Shown: one piece after another, positions 17,613 to 26,271 of the stretch
Position numbering within the stretch: the first letter of the stretch is position 1
How the letters are laid out: every line of letters begins with the position of its first letter
From: Eubacteriales bacterium
GTDB lineage: Bacteria; Bacillota; Clostridia; Oscillospirales; CAG-272
Direction of reading: 5' to 3'
DNA length: 64,000 bases
NCBI GenBank assembly: GCA_045540755.1
Contig: JAZQHV010000082.1
Span: 24,952 to 88,951, forward strand
Notes under the pieces: generated by a model
What the model saw: the letters and a program-made list of their open reading frames with translations, nothing else
Database searches by the model: none
Told to the model about the DNA's origin: nothing
Translations under genes and position numbers: made by a program

Positions 17613-18680
17613 ATGTCTGTTGTAGCATATAAATGCCCAAGCTGCGGCGCAGGCATTGGCTTTGATGCGGAAAAGCAGAAATTCGTTTGCGAATACTGCC
17701 TTTCTGCGTATACGGAGGCGGAGTTGCAGGCGCAGACCCCCTCCGAGTCCGAGACCGAGCCTGAAATGGAAAGCGCAGCACAGCGGGAAGCGGAGAACGC
17801 GGAATTCTGCGAAAATCTGCTTTCTTACACCTGCAAGAACTGCGGCGCAGAGGTTTTTGCCGATGCGGACACCGTAGCGGATTTCTGCGTATACTGCCAC
17901 AACCCCATCGTCTGTGACGGTCGGCTTTCGGGGCAGTGGAAGCCGCAAAAGATCGTTCCCTTTGCCTACGATAAGGAGCAGGCACAGACAAAATTTTTGG
18001 AGTTCGCTTCGAAAAAGTGGTTCGTGCCGAGGGATTTCTTCTCCACTGCGCAGGTGGAAAAGATCCGCGGCGTGTACTATCCTTTCTGGTTGACCGATGC
18101 GGACATCACTGCGGCGGCAAGCGCGCGTGCCGAGCGTGTGCGCTCGTACCGATCGGGCGACTATCGCATTACCGAGACTGCGCACTATACGCTGTACCGT
18201 AAGGGAGACATCCACTTTGAGGATGTCACCACGGGGGCGTACACAGGCGAGGACAAGGCGATGCTGGAGGGAATTCTGCCGTACCCCACCGAGGCGCTGC
18301 AGGAATTCTCCATGCCGTACCTCTCAGGCTTTCTTGCCAAAAAGCGCAACGTGGAAAGTGACGGTGTGCGGGATGAGGTCAAACGCCGTGTGGACGGCTA
18401 TGCCACAGAGATGCTCCGCGACACGATGAACGGCTACACGGCCGTGCATTCGGTCGGCGCAAACGTGCAGTACAACAAGCTGCATTGGGACTATGCGCTC
18501 CTGCCGATCTGGCTATTGACGTATACCAAGGGCGGCAAGACCTACACCTACGCCATGAACGGACACACGGGCAAGGTGTACGGTGAGATTCCGATCAGCG
18601 GCAAAAAACTTTTGCTTTTGTTCCTTGCGATCGTCCTTGCGGCGGCGGTTCTCGGTGTGATCGGAGGGTTGCCGCTATGA
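17613..18680 (+). CDS. YdjG-like zinc-ribbon membrane protein
   Basis: 355 aa. Motifs CPSCG...CEYC and CKNCG...CVYC. One C-terminal TM helix (LLLLFLAIVLAAAVLGVIGGL). Starts 4 nt after the upstream stop. Confidence 0.7.
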   Translation: MSVVAYKCPSCGAGIGFDAEKQKFVCEYCLSAYTEAELQAQTPSESETEPEMESAAQREAENAEFCENLLSYTCKNCGAEVFADADTVADFCVYCHNPIVCDGRLSGQWKPQKIVPFAYDKEQAQTKFLEFASKKWFVPRDFFSTAQVEKIRGVYYPFWLTDADITAAASARAERVRSYRSGDYRITETAHYTLYRKGDIHFEDVTTGAYTGEDKAMLEGILPYPTEALQEFSMPYLSGFLAKKRNVESDGVRDEVKRRVDGYATEMLRDTMNGYTAVHSVGANVQYNKLHWDYALLPIWLLTYTKGGKTYTYAMNGHTGKVYGEIPISGKKLLLLFLAIVLAAAVLGVIGGLPL

Positions 18681-19489
18681 AAAAACTGATTCCGATCCTG
18701 CTTTGTCTCGTCCTTGCGATCTCGGCATCGGCATACGTGTACGACAATGCCGATCTGTATACCGACGAGGAGGAGGCGATCATCGTTTCCGAAGCGGAGG
18801 CCGTCTATGCACAAAGCGGTCTGCGCTGTGTGATCCTGACCGATTTCGGCATCGGCGATATTACCGCCGAGCTTCCGGAATATACGGAGGGCGCTGTGGA
18901 TATGGCGCTTCTCACCATTGACATGTCGGCGCGTGAGTTCTATCTGTATCAGTATAACGGCGAGGACGGCGAAAGTGCGTTCTGCATTTCCACCGACGAG
19001 TCGGACGGCGTTCTGGACGGCATTTTGCCCGATATGGCAGACGGGGAATACCTCTTCGCCGCGCTGACTTATCTGGAAATGACTGCGGATGCTTTTACGG
19101 ACGCGGATGTTTTTACCCCTGCCGTTACCGATGACGAGTACGTGTACGTGGAGTACCCCGAATACGGATGCGACGTTTACGAGGAGCCGCAAGGCTTTGA
19201 TTGGGAAGTTCTTTGCATGCTGGTCGTCGGCGGCGCAGTCGTCGGCGGTATCGTGGTGCTCTGTGTCTGGCTCTCCTATAAAAAGAAGGTGCACGGCGCC
19301 ATTTATCCGCTTGGCGAGTACGCAAATCTGCAGATGCAGGAAAGCCTTGACAACTATATCCATACCACCCGCACGCGTGTGCGCGTTTCGGATTCTTCCT
19401 CCGGCAGCCATAGCAGCGGAAGCGGCTTTAGTGGCGGCGGATCCCGCGGCGGCGGTGGCGGCGCCCGCATGGGCGGCCGTAAATTTTAA
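18677..19489 (+). CDS. TPM-domain (YdjH/YgcG-like) membrane protein
   Basis: 270 aa. Signal peptide, TPM-like VYDNADLYTDEEE..., a TM helix and a Gly-rich tail SGGGSRGGGGGARMGGRKF. ATGA overlap with the upstream gene. Confidence 0.7.
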   Translation: MKKLIPILLCLVLAISASAYVYDNADLYTDEEEAIIVSEAEAVYAQSGLRCVILTDFGIGDITAELPEYTEGAVDMALLTIDMSAREFYLYQYNGEDGESAFCISTDESDGVLDGILPDMADGEYLFAALTYLEMTADAFTDADVFTPAVTDDEYVYVEYPEYGCDVYEEPQGFDWEVLCMLVVGGAVVGGIVVLCVWLSYKKKVHGAIYPLGEYANLQMQESLDNYIHTTRTRVRVSDSSSGSHSSGSGFSGGGSRGGGGGARMGGRKF

Positions 19490-19503
19490 AATAAGGAGCC
19501 ATT

Positions 19504-19540
19504 GGCGTACCTGCTTTATCGCAGGTACGCCTTCTTTATC
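19504..19540 (+). terminator. intrinsic terminator
   Basis: 11-bp stem ggcgtacctgc / gcaggtacgcc followed by a T-rich tail. Confidence 0.65.
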
Positions 19541-19644
19541 GTTGTGCAGCAAAATATGTGGTATAATAAACAAGTCCATAATCTCTGCAAGGACAATAGC
19601 AGTATCCGTATGCTAAAATGTAAGCACAGAAAGGAGATGACTTT

Positions 19645-20847
19645 ATGGAAAACAAAAACTTAATTGACAAAGCCATCGGGTTTATACAAAAGAATCCAAA
19701 AGACAATCTGTCGCTACAGAGCATTGCAGATAATGCAGGTTTCTCGTTAACCTACTTTGATGCAATCTTCAGACAGCATACGGGATACAGCCCCGTGGAA
19801 TACTCTCGTATTTACAAACTCACGAGAAGCGCACTTGAACTTCGCAGAACACAAAAGACCGTACTTGAAATTGCTCTTGACTTCGGCTATGCAAGTCCCG
19901 AAAGTTTCACTCGCGCCTTCAAAAACTTTTACGGTATCACACCGAGTGAATACCGTGAAAAGTATTCTGGAGAGGCAGTCACTTGGCATGACCTTTCCGG
20001 TAAAATTGCAATTAGCCATTTCAGACGAAGTTTTCCCGAATTAAACGTATCGGATATTGATCTCGCCCTTGACTTTTGCTTTACTCATAATCCGCTCAAA
20101 TATGCTGAGGACATTGTAGGAATGACTGTTGCAGAATCTGAAATTCTCACACTTGGTGATCCCGAATCACTTGAACATTTTGTTTATGTATCGGATTACA
20201 ATTCCGTAGAGCCTGCCGTAATGCTTATCTGCGAAACAGAGGCAGATGCGCTGCCTTATTTGAAACTCTTAGGCAAACTCACAAACCCGAGATTTTCTGT
20301 ACGCAGATCGGTTGATACGGAATGGGCTCTCTTTGATGCCGAAGTAGCAAAGTTAGGACTTACCTGCCGTTACGGATATGATATGATCTATCCCAAAGAT
20401 ACGGTTGCTGTTCCTGAATATGAAGGTATGGGAATTCGCTTGCTCACCATAGAAGAAATGCCTTTGATAAAAAACTTCAAGCAAAGCGGTGGATGTGCAG
20501 AATGCCATGTCAGAGCGATCCAAATTCACTTTGACGGAAAAGGCAACGCTGGTATGAAACCGATGGGTGTATTTGAAAATGGAGAGCTTGTCTGTCTTGC
20601 AATGCCTACACTTGACCAAATTCGTGAATTCAGAAAATACGACATAGGAGTTATTTTTACGATTAATTCAGCAAATGAAGAAAAAGCTATTGATTTGATC
20701 TGGAAGTATGCGATCGACACTTGCTTGAAAGATAATGCTATCATTGGAAACGCTAACTCGGACGAGGATGACTCACCTCTTGGAGTAGCCGCTTGCGAGC
20801 GCGTTGGTCTTGTAAAAGTAGCTAAAAATTGCGGTTATCATAAATGA
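19645..20847 (+). CDS. AraC-type HTH (N-terminal) protein with GNAT-like C-terminal region
   Basis: 400 aa. The AraC HTH pair is at the N-terminus (LSLQSIADNAGFSLTYFDAIFRQHTGYSPVEY...FGYASPESFTRAFKNFYGITPSEYR). The GNAT assignment of the C-terminus is tentative. Lower GC than surroundings. Confidence 0.7.
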   Translation: MENKNLIDKAIGFIQKNPKDNLSLQSIADNAGFSLTYFDAIFRQHTGYSPVEYSRIYKLTRSALELRRTQKTVLEIALDFGYASPESFTRAFKNFYGITPSEYREKYSGEAVTWHDLSGKIAISHFRRSFPELNVSDIDLALDFCFTHNPLKYAEDIVGMTVAESEILTLGDPESLEHFVYVSDYNSVEPAVMLICETEADALPYLKLLGKLTNPRFSVRRSVDTEWALFDAEVAKLGLTCRYGYDMIYPKDTVAVPEYEGMGIRLLTIEEMPLIKNFKQSGGCAECHVRAIQIHFDGKGNAGMKPMGVFENGELVCLAMPTLDQIREFRKYDIGVIFTINSANEEKAIDLIWKYAIDTCLKDNAIIGNANSDEDDSPLGVAACERVGLVKVAKNCGYHK

Positions 20848-20935
20848 TTCTCGCCCCACCTTGCGCGGGGCTTTGCTTTTGTGTCCGCAAAAGCAGTGCT
20901 TGTCAGGAAAATTGACAAGGCATAGATGAACATAA

Positions 20936-21068
20936 AAAAGGCTCCCTTGTGTAAAGGGAGCTGTCACCGAAGGTGACTGAGGGATTGTTTTTTTGGTAGA
21001 ATTTTGTTTTTTACAATCCCTCCGTCTCGCTTGCGCGAGCCACCTCCCTTTACACAAGGGAGGCTCAT
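20936..21068. repeat. nested imperfect palindrome (REP/MITE-like intergenic element)
   Basis: 19-bp perfect inverted repeat at 20942-20960 / 21044-21062. Inner inverted repeat gagggattgt (20979-20988) / acaatccctc (21013-21022). Each arm carries its own small hairpin, and the centre is T-rich. Confidence 0.6.
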
Positions 21069-21218
21069 TACCGCCCGACAGTACACCTCAAAGGTGTAAC
21101 ACACTATACCTTGCAGAGAAAGGCGTATGAAAAGGAGTATGAACAAATCGTCCGTACTCCTTTTGCTTTTTTCGGCAGGTAAAACCTGCTTTATTGAAGG
21201 AGCCTTTTGGCTCCTTTT

Positions 21219-21992
21219 TTATTGTAGTGACATATTTCCTGCAAGGGTATCCTTGGCGATGCCGACGGCTTCGCGTGCCATATAGTGGATAAGCAGGGCA
21301 TCGAGATACCGCGAGGCAATGCCGCTGACCTCTCTGCCCGAGACCTCCTCGGCAATACGCACTGCGCGAAAGACGTGAAAATTGTTGGTCACAACGCCAA
21401 AGGAGGCGCCCGCCTCCATCAGCGCAAGGCTATAGCGGATATTTTCATTGGTGGAGGTGGATTTATCCTCCATAAGAAGACGGCTTTCGTCGATGCCGCG
21501 GGCGACGAGGGTGTCAAACATACACTGTGCCTCGCTCATCGGCTCGTCTGCACCCTTGCCGCCCGAAAGGATAGCGACCGTATCGGGATTTGAGTGCAGG
21601 TACTCCTCGGCGGCATCAATGCGCCAGTAGAGCGGCTTTGACGGCACGCCGTTTTTATTGACACGCGCGCCCAGTACCACGATGTAGTCGAGTCCGTCCT
21701 CACCTTTGGCGCCCATTTCGGAAATAATAAAGCCCTCCAGCACGGCAAACACGGCGAAAATCAGCACCAGTACCGCGCAGATCGACCGAAACAGCCATTT
21801 GGGAAGCGGCAATCGTCCGTACTTTTTGGTCAGTGCCGCGCAGACAAGGCATAGCACGCCTGCCGCGCCCCAAAGCCAGAGCAGGGAAAAGGCGAAGCCG
21901 ACAAAGAGCGCTTCAATAACGTAATACGCAATAAATGCAATGCCGAGCAGCAGCCAGATATTCTTTTTGATCTTAGTTTTTTTATCCATCAT
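21219..21992 (-). CDS. YdcF/DUF218-family membrane protein
   Basis: Start trimmed to the ATGATG at 21992, which overlaps the upstream stop (ATGA). N-terminal TM helices, then IVVLGARVNKNG...ILSGGKGADEPMSEA...STSTNENI. Confidence 0.75.
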   Translation of the reverse strand: MMDKKTKIKKNIWLLLGIAFIAYYVIEALFVGFAFSLLWLWGAAGVLCLVCAALTKKYGRLPLPKWLFRSICAVLVLIFAVFAVLEGFIISEMGAKGEDGLDYIVVLGARVNKNGVPSKPLYWRIDAAEEYLHSNPDTVAILSGGKGADEPMSEAQCMFDTLVARGIDESRLLMEDKSTSTNENIRYSLALMEAGASFGVVTNNFHVFRAVRIAEEVSGREVSGIASRYLDALLIHYMAREAVGIAKDTLAGNMSLQ

Positions 21993-22654
21993 TCTTTTAT
22001 GATCGCTCCGCCGCAGTCGCACAGGGGTTCGTCTGAGAGCGAAACGGCTCTGTAGCCGTTTTTCTCTATGCACGCCCGGATGCTTGCGGCATCTGTATGT
22101 GTATCGATATTCCCAAAGAAATATACTGTGTTTTCCAATATAAACGAGGCGCCGCCGATAAAGCCGTAGGCATACGGCGCCAGGGAGATCCCGCCTTCGC
22201 GTATGCACAGTACCTCGCAAAACGGCTCTGCCGCCTTGGCAATGCCGCGGTCGGCGGTAATGATCTGTTTGTCACCCAGCACAAGTGTGGAGCATTTTGC
22301 ATACCCCTGCCGCACGTCCACGATCTCCATGCCGCACGCAAGTGCATATGCCTGCACGACCTTGGAAAAGGCTTTTTTGTTGCAGAACAGACGGTTGCCG
22401 AGCGTAAAGCCGTTAAACAGTACGTCCTTGGGGTACGCTTTGCCGAACGTCTCCCCTGTATCGGTACAGCCGAGCACTTTTGCGGTCTTTCCTGCCGAAA
22501 AAGTCCTGCCGCAAACCGTGACGGCAAGGATATCGGGGTGTGCGCCGAGCGGCAACGCAAGCGATGGCTCCGGCGGGAGCACCGAAAAGGGAACATGCAG
22601 TTTTTCAAGAGTATCCTTTTGCTTTTCGGATACCGTAGAGCCGATATAGAGCAT
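21989..22654 (-). CDS. hypothetical protein (family not recognised)
   Basis: Start trimmed to the ATG at 22654 (GGAGGAAGT upstream). 221 aa (MLYIGSTVSEKQKDTLEKLHVPF...CDCGGAIIKE). Translationally coupled to the DUF218 gene. Confidence 0.6.
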   Translation of the reverse strand: MLYIGSTVSEKQKDTLEKLHVPFSVLPPEPSLALPLGAHPDILAVTVCGRTFSAGKTAKVLGCTDTGETFGKAYPKDVLFNGFTLGNRLFCNKKAFSKVVQAYALACGMEIVDVRQGYAKCSTLVLGDKQIITADRGIAKAAEPFCEVLCIREGGISLAPYAYGFIGGASFILENTVYFFGNIDTHTDAASIRACIEKNGYRAVSLSDEPLCDCGGAIIKE

Positions 22655-22664
22655 ACTTCCTCCG

Positions 22665-22698
22665 CGGAAAAAAAGAAGGCAGACGAAACTGTCTGCCT
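22665..22698 (-). terminator. intrinsic terminator of rpmB
   Basis: Stem aaggcaga / tctgcctt followed on the minus strand by CTTTTTTT. Confidence 0.7.
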
Positions 22699-22718
22699 TG
22701 TTTTCAGAAAACGTTTTC

Positions 22719-22907
22719 TTAGATAGCGCGCTCGACCTTGCCGGAACGGAGACAACGGGAACAAACGTAAACGGTCTTGTTGGTACCGTTAACAACTGCC
22801 TTCACCTTTCTGATGTTGGGCTTCCAGGTTCTGTTGGTCTTACGGTTCGAGTGAGAAACGTTGTGGCCAAAGGTAACACCCTTGTTGCATACGCTGCACT
22901 TTGCCAT
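22719..22907 (-). CDS. rpmB: 50S ribosomal protein L28
   Basis: 62 aa. MAKCSVCNKGVTFGHNVSHSNRKTNRTWKPNI... is a canonical L28 sequence. GGAGGT RBS. Confidence 0.95.
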   Translation of the reverse strand: MAKCSVCNKGVTFGHNVSHSNRKTNRTWKPNIRKVKAVVNGTNKTVYVCSRCLRSGKVERAI

Positions 22908-23040
22908 GTGAATTGCACCTCCTAAAATAGCGGTAATTTATATTATTATTTATAAAACAACTTTACGGACATCCGATATTATAGCATAGCGATTCTGAAA
23001 AAGCAAGAGAAAATCGCAATTTTTTTGAAAAAGTTTCATA

Positions 23041-24330
23041 TTATTTCAAGATGCCTTCTATATAAGTTGCACAAGCCTTGGTCAGCCTTACCTCATGTAG
23101 CTCGCCGTGCAAGGGAACGTCACTGTGTACGCGCACTTCGATAAAGGAGGCGGTATGCCCGCTCCACATGCCGTCCACCGTCTGTTCAAAGAGCACGGTC
23201 TGCATGGGACGCAGGGCGATCTCCTCTTTGAAGAGCTCGTCGGTGATGGAGGCACAAAGCGCGATCAGCCTTTGTGAGCGATCGTGCTTTACTGCTTCGG
23301 GTACCTGATTCGGCATTACTGCGGCGGGTGTGCCCGCACGCTTGGAATACTTGAAGATATGCGTTTGCAAAAAGCGCGCTTCCTTGACAAAGGCGACCGT
23401 CTCTGCAAAATCGGCATCGGTCTCGCCGGGGAAGCCGACGATAAAGTCGGTGGTGAGTTGCAAAGCAGGGATCGCCTTGCGCAGGGCGCGGATGCACTCC
23501 AGCGCCATTTCGGCATTGTACTTGCGGCGCATGGCGGCAAGCGTGCGGGAACAGCCGCTCTGCATGGAAAGGTGAAAATGCGGCGTCAGCTTTTTCAGTT
23601 TTTTGATCTTCTCGATAAACGCGGGGCGCATCAGCGTCGGCTCCAGCGAACCAAGGCGTATGCGCTCGATGCCGTCAATTTTTTCCACTTCGTACAGCAG
23701 ATCGGCAAGGCTTTCGCCCGTGTCTCTGCCGAAGGAGGCGGTCTCAATGCCCGTCAGCACCACCTCGCGCACGCCGTTTTTCGCAAGTCCGCGTACCTCG
23801 GCGACCGTGTCGGCAATGGATTTAGAGCGCACCAGACCGCGCGCATCGGGGATCTTGCAGTAGGCACAGCGGTTTTCACAGCCGTCCTCGATCTTGACGT
23901 ATGCGCGTGTACGCGGTGCATGGGTGATGCACATCGACTCAAAGGGCGCGTTTTCCAGCGGAGAGACCTCGATCTTCGGGATGTTTTCGCCTGCCAGCAG
24001 AGCAACGGCGCGTTCTACAAGCCGCAGCTTGTCCCGCGTGCCGCTGACATAGTCAACGCCTTCAATGGCGGCAAGTTCCTCGGGCGCGACCTGCGCGTAA
24101 CAGCCGCAAACCAGGATCTTGGCATGCGGCGCACTTTTGACAAGGCGGCGGATCAGCTGACGGCACTTACGGTCGCCCTCCGCAGTTACGGTGCAGGTGT
24201 TGATGATATGCACGTCGGCGGTATGGTCCCCTTCGGCAAAGCCACGCGCGAGCGCCGCTTCGAGGATCGCCTCGCTTTCGTATTGGCTGACCTTGCAACC
24301 GAGTGTATGGACTTTCATGGTGTAAGGCAT
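23041..24330 (-). CDS. mtaB: tRNA methylthiotransferase MtaB (radical SAM MTTase)
   Basis: 429 aa. N-terminal UPF0004 domain (HTLGCKVSQYESE), radical SAM CENRCAYC, and a C-terminal TRAM-like region. Confidence 0.8.
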   Translation of the reverse strand: MPYTMKVHTLGCKVSQYESEAILEAALARGFAEGDHTADVHIINTCTVTAEGDRKCRQLIRRLVKSAPHAKILVCGCYAQVAPEELAAIEGVDYVSGTRDKLRLVERAVALLAGENIPKIEVSPLENAPFESMCITHAPRTRAYVKIEDGCENRCAYCKIPDARGLVRSKSIADTVAEVRGLAKNGVREVVLTGIETASFGRDTGESLADLLYEVEKIDGIERIRLGSLEPTLMRPAFIEKIKKLKKLTPHFHLSMQSGCSRTLAAMRRKYNAEMALECIRALRKAIPALQLTTDFIVGFPGETDADFAETVAFVKEARFLQTHIFKYSKRAGTPAAVMPNQVPEAVKHDRSQRLIALCASITDELFKEEIALRPMQTVLFEQTVDGMWSGHTASFIEVRVHSDVPLHGELHEVRLTKACATYIEGILK

Positions 24331-24480
24331 CGCATTTCACCGCCTTTCTTTTTCGAACGCATCTATTTTAACATACTTTATAAAATCTGTAAATAAAAAT
24401 CGAAAAATAACTTGCTTATATCCGCATATGCGTGCTATAATAAGGATAATGAAATATTAAAAACAAGGGAGAACAAAACC

Positions 24481-25110
24481 ATGAGCAAACTGCAAGTATT
24501 TGACCATCCCCTGATCGCACATAAGGTGTCCATCATGCGTCAGACCGAGACCGGCTCCAAGGATTTCCGCGAGCTGCTCAACGAGATCGCCATGCTGATG
24601 GGCTACGAGGTCACCCGCGACCTGCCTCTCGAGGATTACACCATCGAAACGCCTCTGGAGACCATGGTAGCAAAGAGAATTTCGGGCAAGAAGCTCGCGA
24701 TCGTACCGATCCTGCGCGCAGGTCTCGGCATGGTAGACGGACTTCTCAAACTGATTCCCGTTGCCAAGGTAGGCCACATCGGTCTGTATCGCGATCCCGA
24801 TACGCATATGCCCGTTGAGTATTACTTCAAGATGCCCGAGGACATCGAGAGCCGTATCGTTATCGTGGTTGACCCCATGCTGGCAACCGGCGGCAGTGCG
24901 ATCGATGCGATCTCCATGCTGAAAAAACGCGGCGTTACCAACATCCGCTTTATGTGCCTTGTTGCCGCACCCGAAGGTGTAAAGGCTCTGCAGGAGGCGC
25001 ATCCCGACGTGGATATTTACGCGGCGGCGCTCGACCGCGAGCTTAACGACCACAAGTACATCCTGCCCGGTCTTGGCGACGCAGGCGACAGAATTTTCGG
25101 TACAAAATAA
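24481..25110 (+). CDS. upp: uracil phosphoribosyltransferase
   Basis: 209 aa from the ATG at 24481. Motifs [48 protein letters not shown]. Confidence 0.95.
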   Translation: MSKLQVFDHPLIAHKVSIMRQTETGSKDFRELLNEIAMLMGYEVTRDLPLEDYTIETPLETMVAKRISGKKLAIVPILRAGLGMVDGLLKLIPVAKVGHIGLYRDPDTHMPVEYYFKMPEDIESRIVIVVDPMLATGGSAIDAISMLKKRGVTNIRFMCLVAAPEGVKALQEAHPDVDIYAAALDRELNDHKYILPGLGDAGDRIFGTK

Positions 25111-25245
25111 AGAATCACTTCAAAATGCAGGCATTTTGAAGTGGAGGGGCTCGAATGCTCGCGCGTCGCTCGACCGCGACCGAGCCGTTAAGGAGTTTGA
25201 AAGTCGGCGCATGTCCGCCTTTCAAACAGAATTAAATTTTATAAA

Positions 25246-25274
25246 GATGGGGTTTGCAAAAACCCCATCTTTTT
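25246..25274 (+). terminator. intrinsic terminator abutting the next gene's RBS
   Basis: Stem gatggggtt / aaccccatc followed by TTTTT. GGAGG at 25277-25281 and the ATG at 25285 follow directly. Confidence 0.7.
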
Positions 25275-25284
25275 CGGAGGCTAC

Positions 25285-26253
25285 ATGCGCGAACTCACGA
25301 TAGGAAAAAACGATGCGGGACAACGGCTGGACAAGTTCCTCACCAAAACGCTTTTCGGTATGCCCCCGGCGCTGATGTACCGTTTGATCCGTCAGAAAAA
25401 GATCAAGGTCAACCGCAAGCGTGCCGAAAACGGGCAGATGCTTTGCGAGGGCGATACCTTGCAGCTTTTTATTGCTGAAGAATTTTTTGAAGGCGGCGAA
25501 AAGGGCGGAGACAAGGACGAATTGCTCCGCGTGCGTCCCAAACTCGACATCGTTTACGAGGATGAAAACATCCTTTTGCTGTCCAAGCGCCCCGGCGTGC
25601 TGGTGCACGACGACAAGGAGGGGCAGAACAACACGCTTTTATTCCATGCCAAGGCGTATCTCTATCAGCGCGGGGAATACGATCCCGAGGCAGAGCAGTC
25701 CTTTGCGCCTGCGCTTTGCAACCGTATCGACCGCAACACGGGCGGCATCGTCATTCTTGCCAAGAATGCGGAGGCGCTCCGCGTGATGAACGAAAAGATC
25801 CGCGACGGCGAGACCTCCAAGTTCTATCTTTGCGCGGTGCACGGCATCCTGCGCAAAAAGAGCGACACGCTCCACGCGTGGCTGAAAAAGGATTCGAGGA
25901 CCAATATGGTCAAGATCTACGACGGGCAGAATAAGCCCAAGGATGCCAAAAGTATCGGTACAAAGTACAAGGTGCTTGCCGAAAAGGACGGAAACTCACT
26001 GCTTGAGGTCGAGCTGCTCACGGGCAGAACGCATCAGATCCGCGCACAGTTTTCGTATATCGGGCATCCCCTCCTCGGCGACGGAAAATACGGCGTAAAC
26101 CGCGAGGACCGCACCAAGGGGTACAAGTATCAGGCGCTGTATTCCTACCGTCTGCGCTTTGATTTTGCCGACCGGACAGGGCCGCTCGGCTATCTCTGCG
26201 GCAAGGAATTTTCCATACCGAAATCGTCGGTATGGTTCACGGAAGACTTTTAA
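25285..26253 (+). CDS. RluA-family pseudouridine synthase
   Basis: 322 aa. S4-like N-terminus, catalytic region NRIDRNTGGIVILAK, and HQIRAQFSYIGHPLLGDGKYG. Confidence 0.85.
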   Translation: MRELTIGKNDAGQRLDKFLTKTLFGMPPALMYRLIRQKKIKVNRKRAENGQMLCEGDTLQLFIAEEFFEGGEKGGDKDELLRVRPKLDIVYEDENILLLSKRPGVLVHDDKEGQNNTLLFHAKAYLYQRGEYDPEAEQSFAPALCNRIDRNTGGIVILAKNAEALRVMNEKIRDGETSKFYLCAVHGILRKKSDTLHAWLKKDSRTNMVKIYDGQNKPKDAKSIGTKYKVLAEKDGNSLLEVELLTGRTHQIRAQFSYIGHPLLGDGKYGVNREDRTKGYKYQALYSYRLRFDFADRTGPLGYLCGKEFSIPKSSVWFTEDF

Positions 26254-26271
26254 ATTAAAGGAGAAAATACA

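Noticed and set aside
16311-18215. 634-aa minus-strand ORF spanning the SPFH gene and the zinc-ribbon gene.
   Set aside because: It crosses two well-supported plus-strand genes and their junction. Its composition is Arg/Leu/Ala-rich with no motifs and no RBS.
21126-21284. Small plus-strand ORF (MKRSMNKSSVLLLLFSAGKTC...) in the hairpin-dense spacer.
   Set aside because: It runs through two terminator hairpins and into the 3' end of the minus-strand DUF218 gene. It has no good RBS and is below the track threshold.
25073-25303. 76-aa track ORF covering the upp / pseudouridine synthase spacer.
   Set aside because: It overlaps the upp 3' end and the next gene's start. Its sequence is dictated by the palindromes, and it has no RBS.
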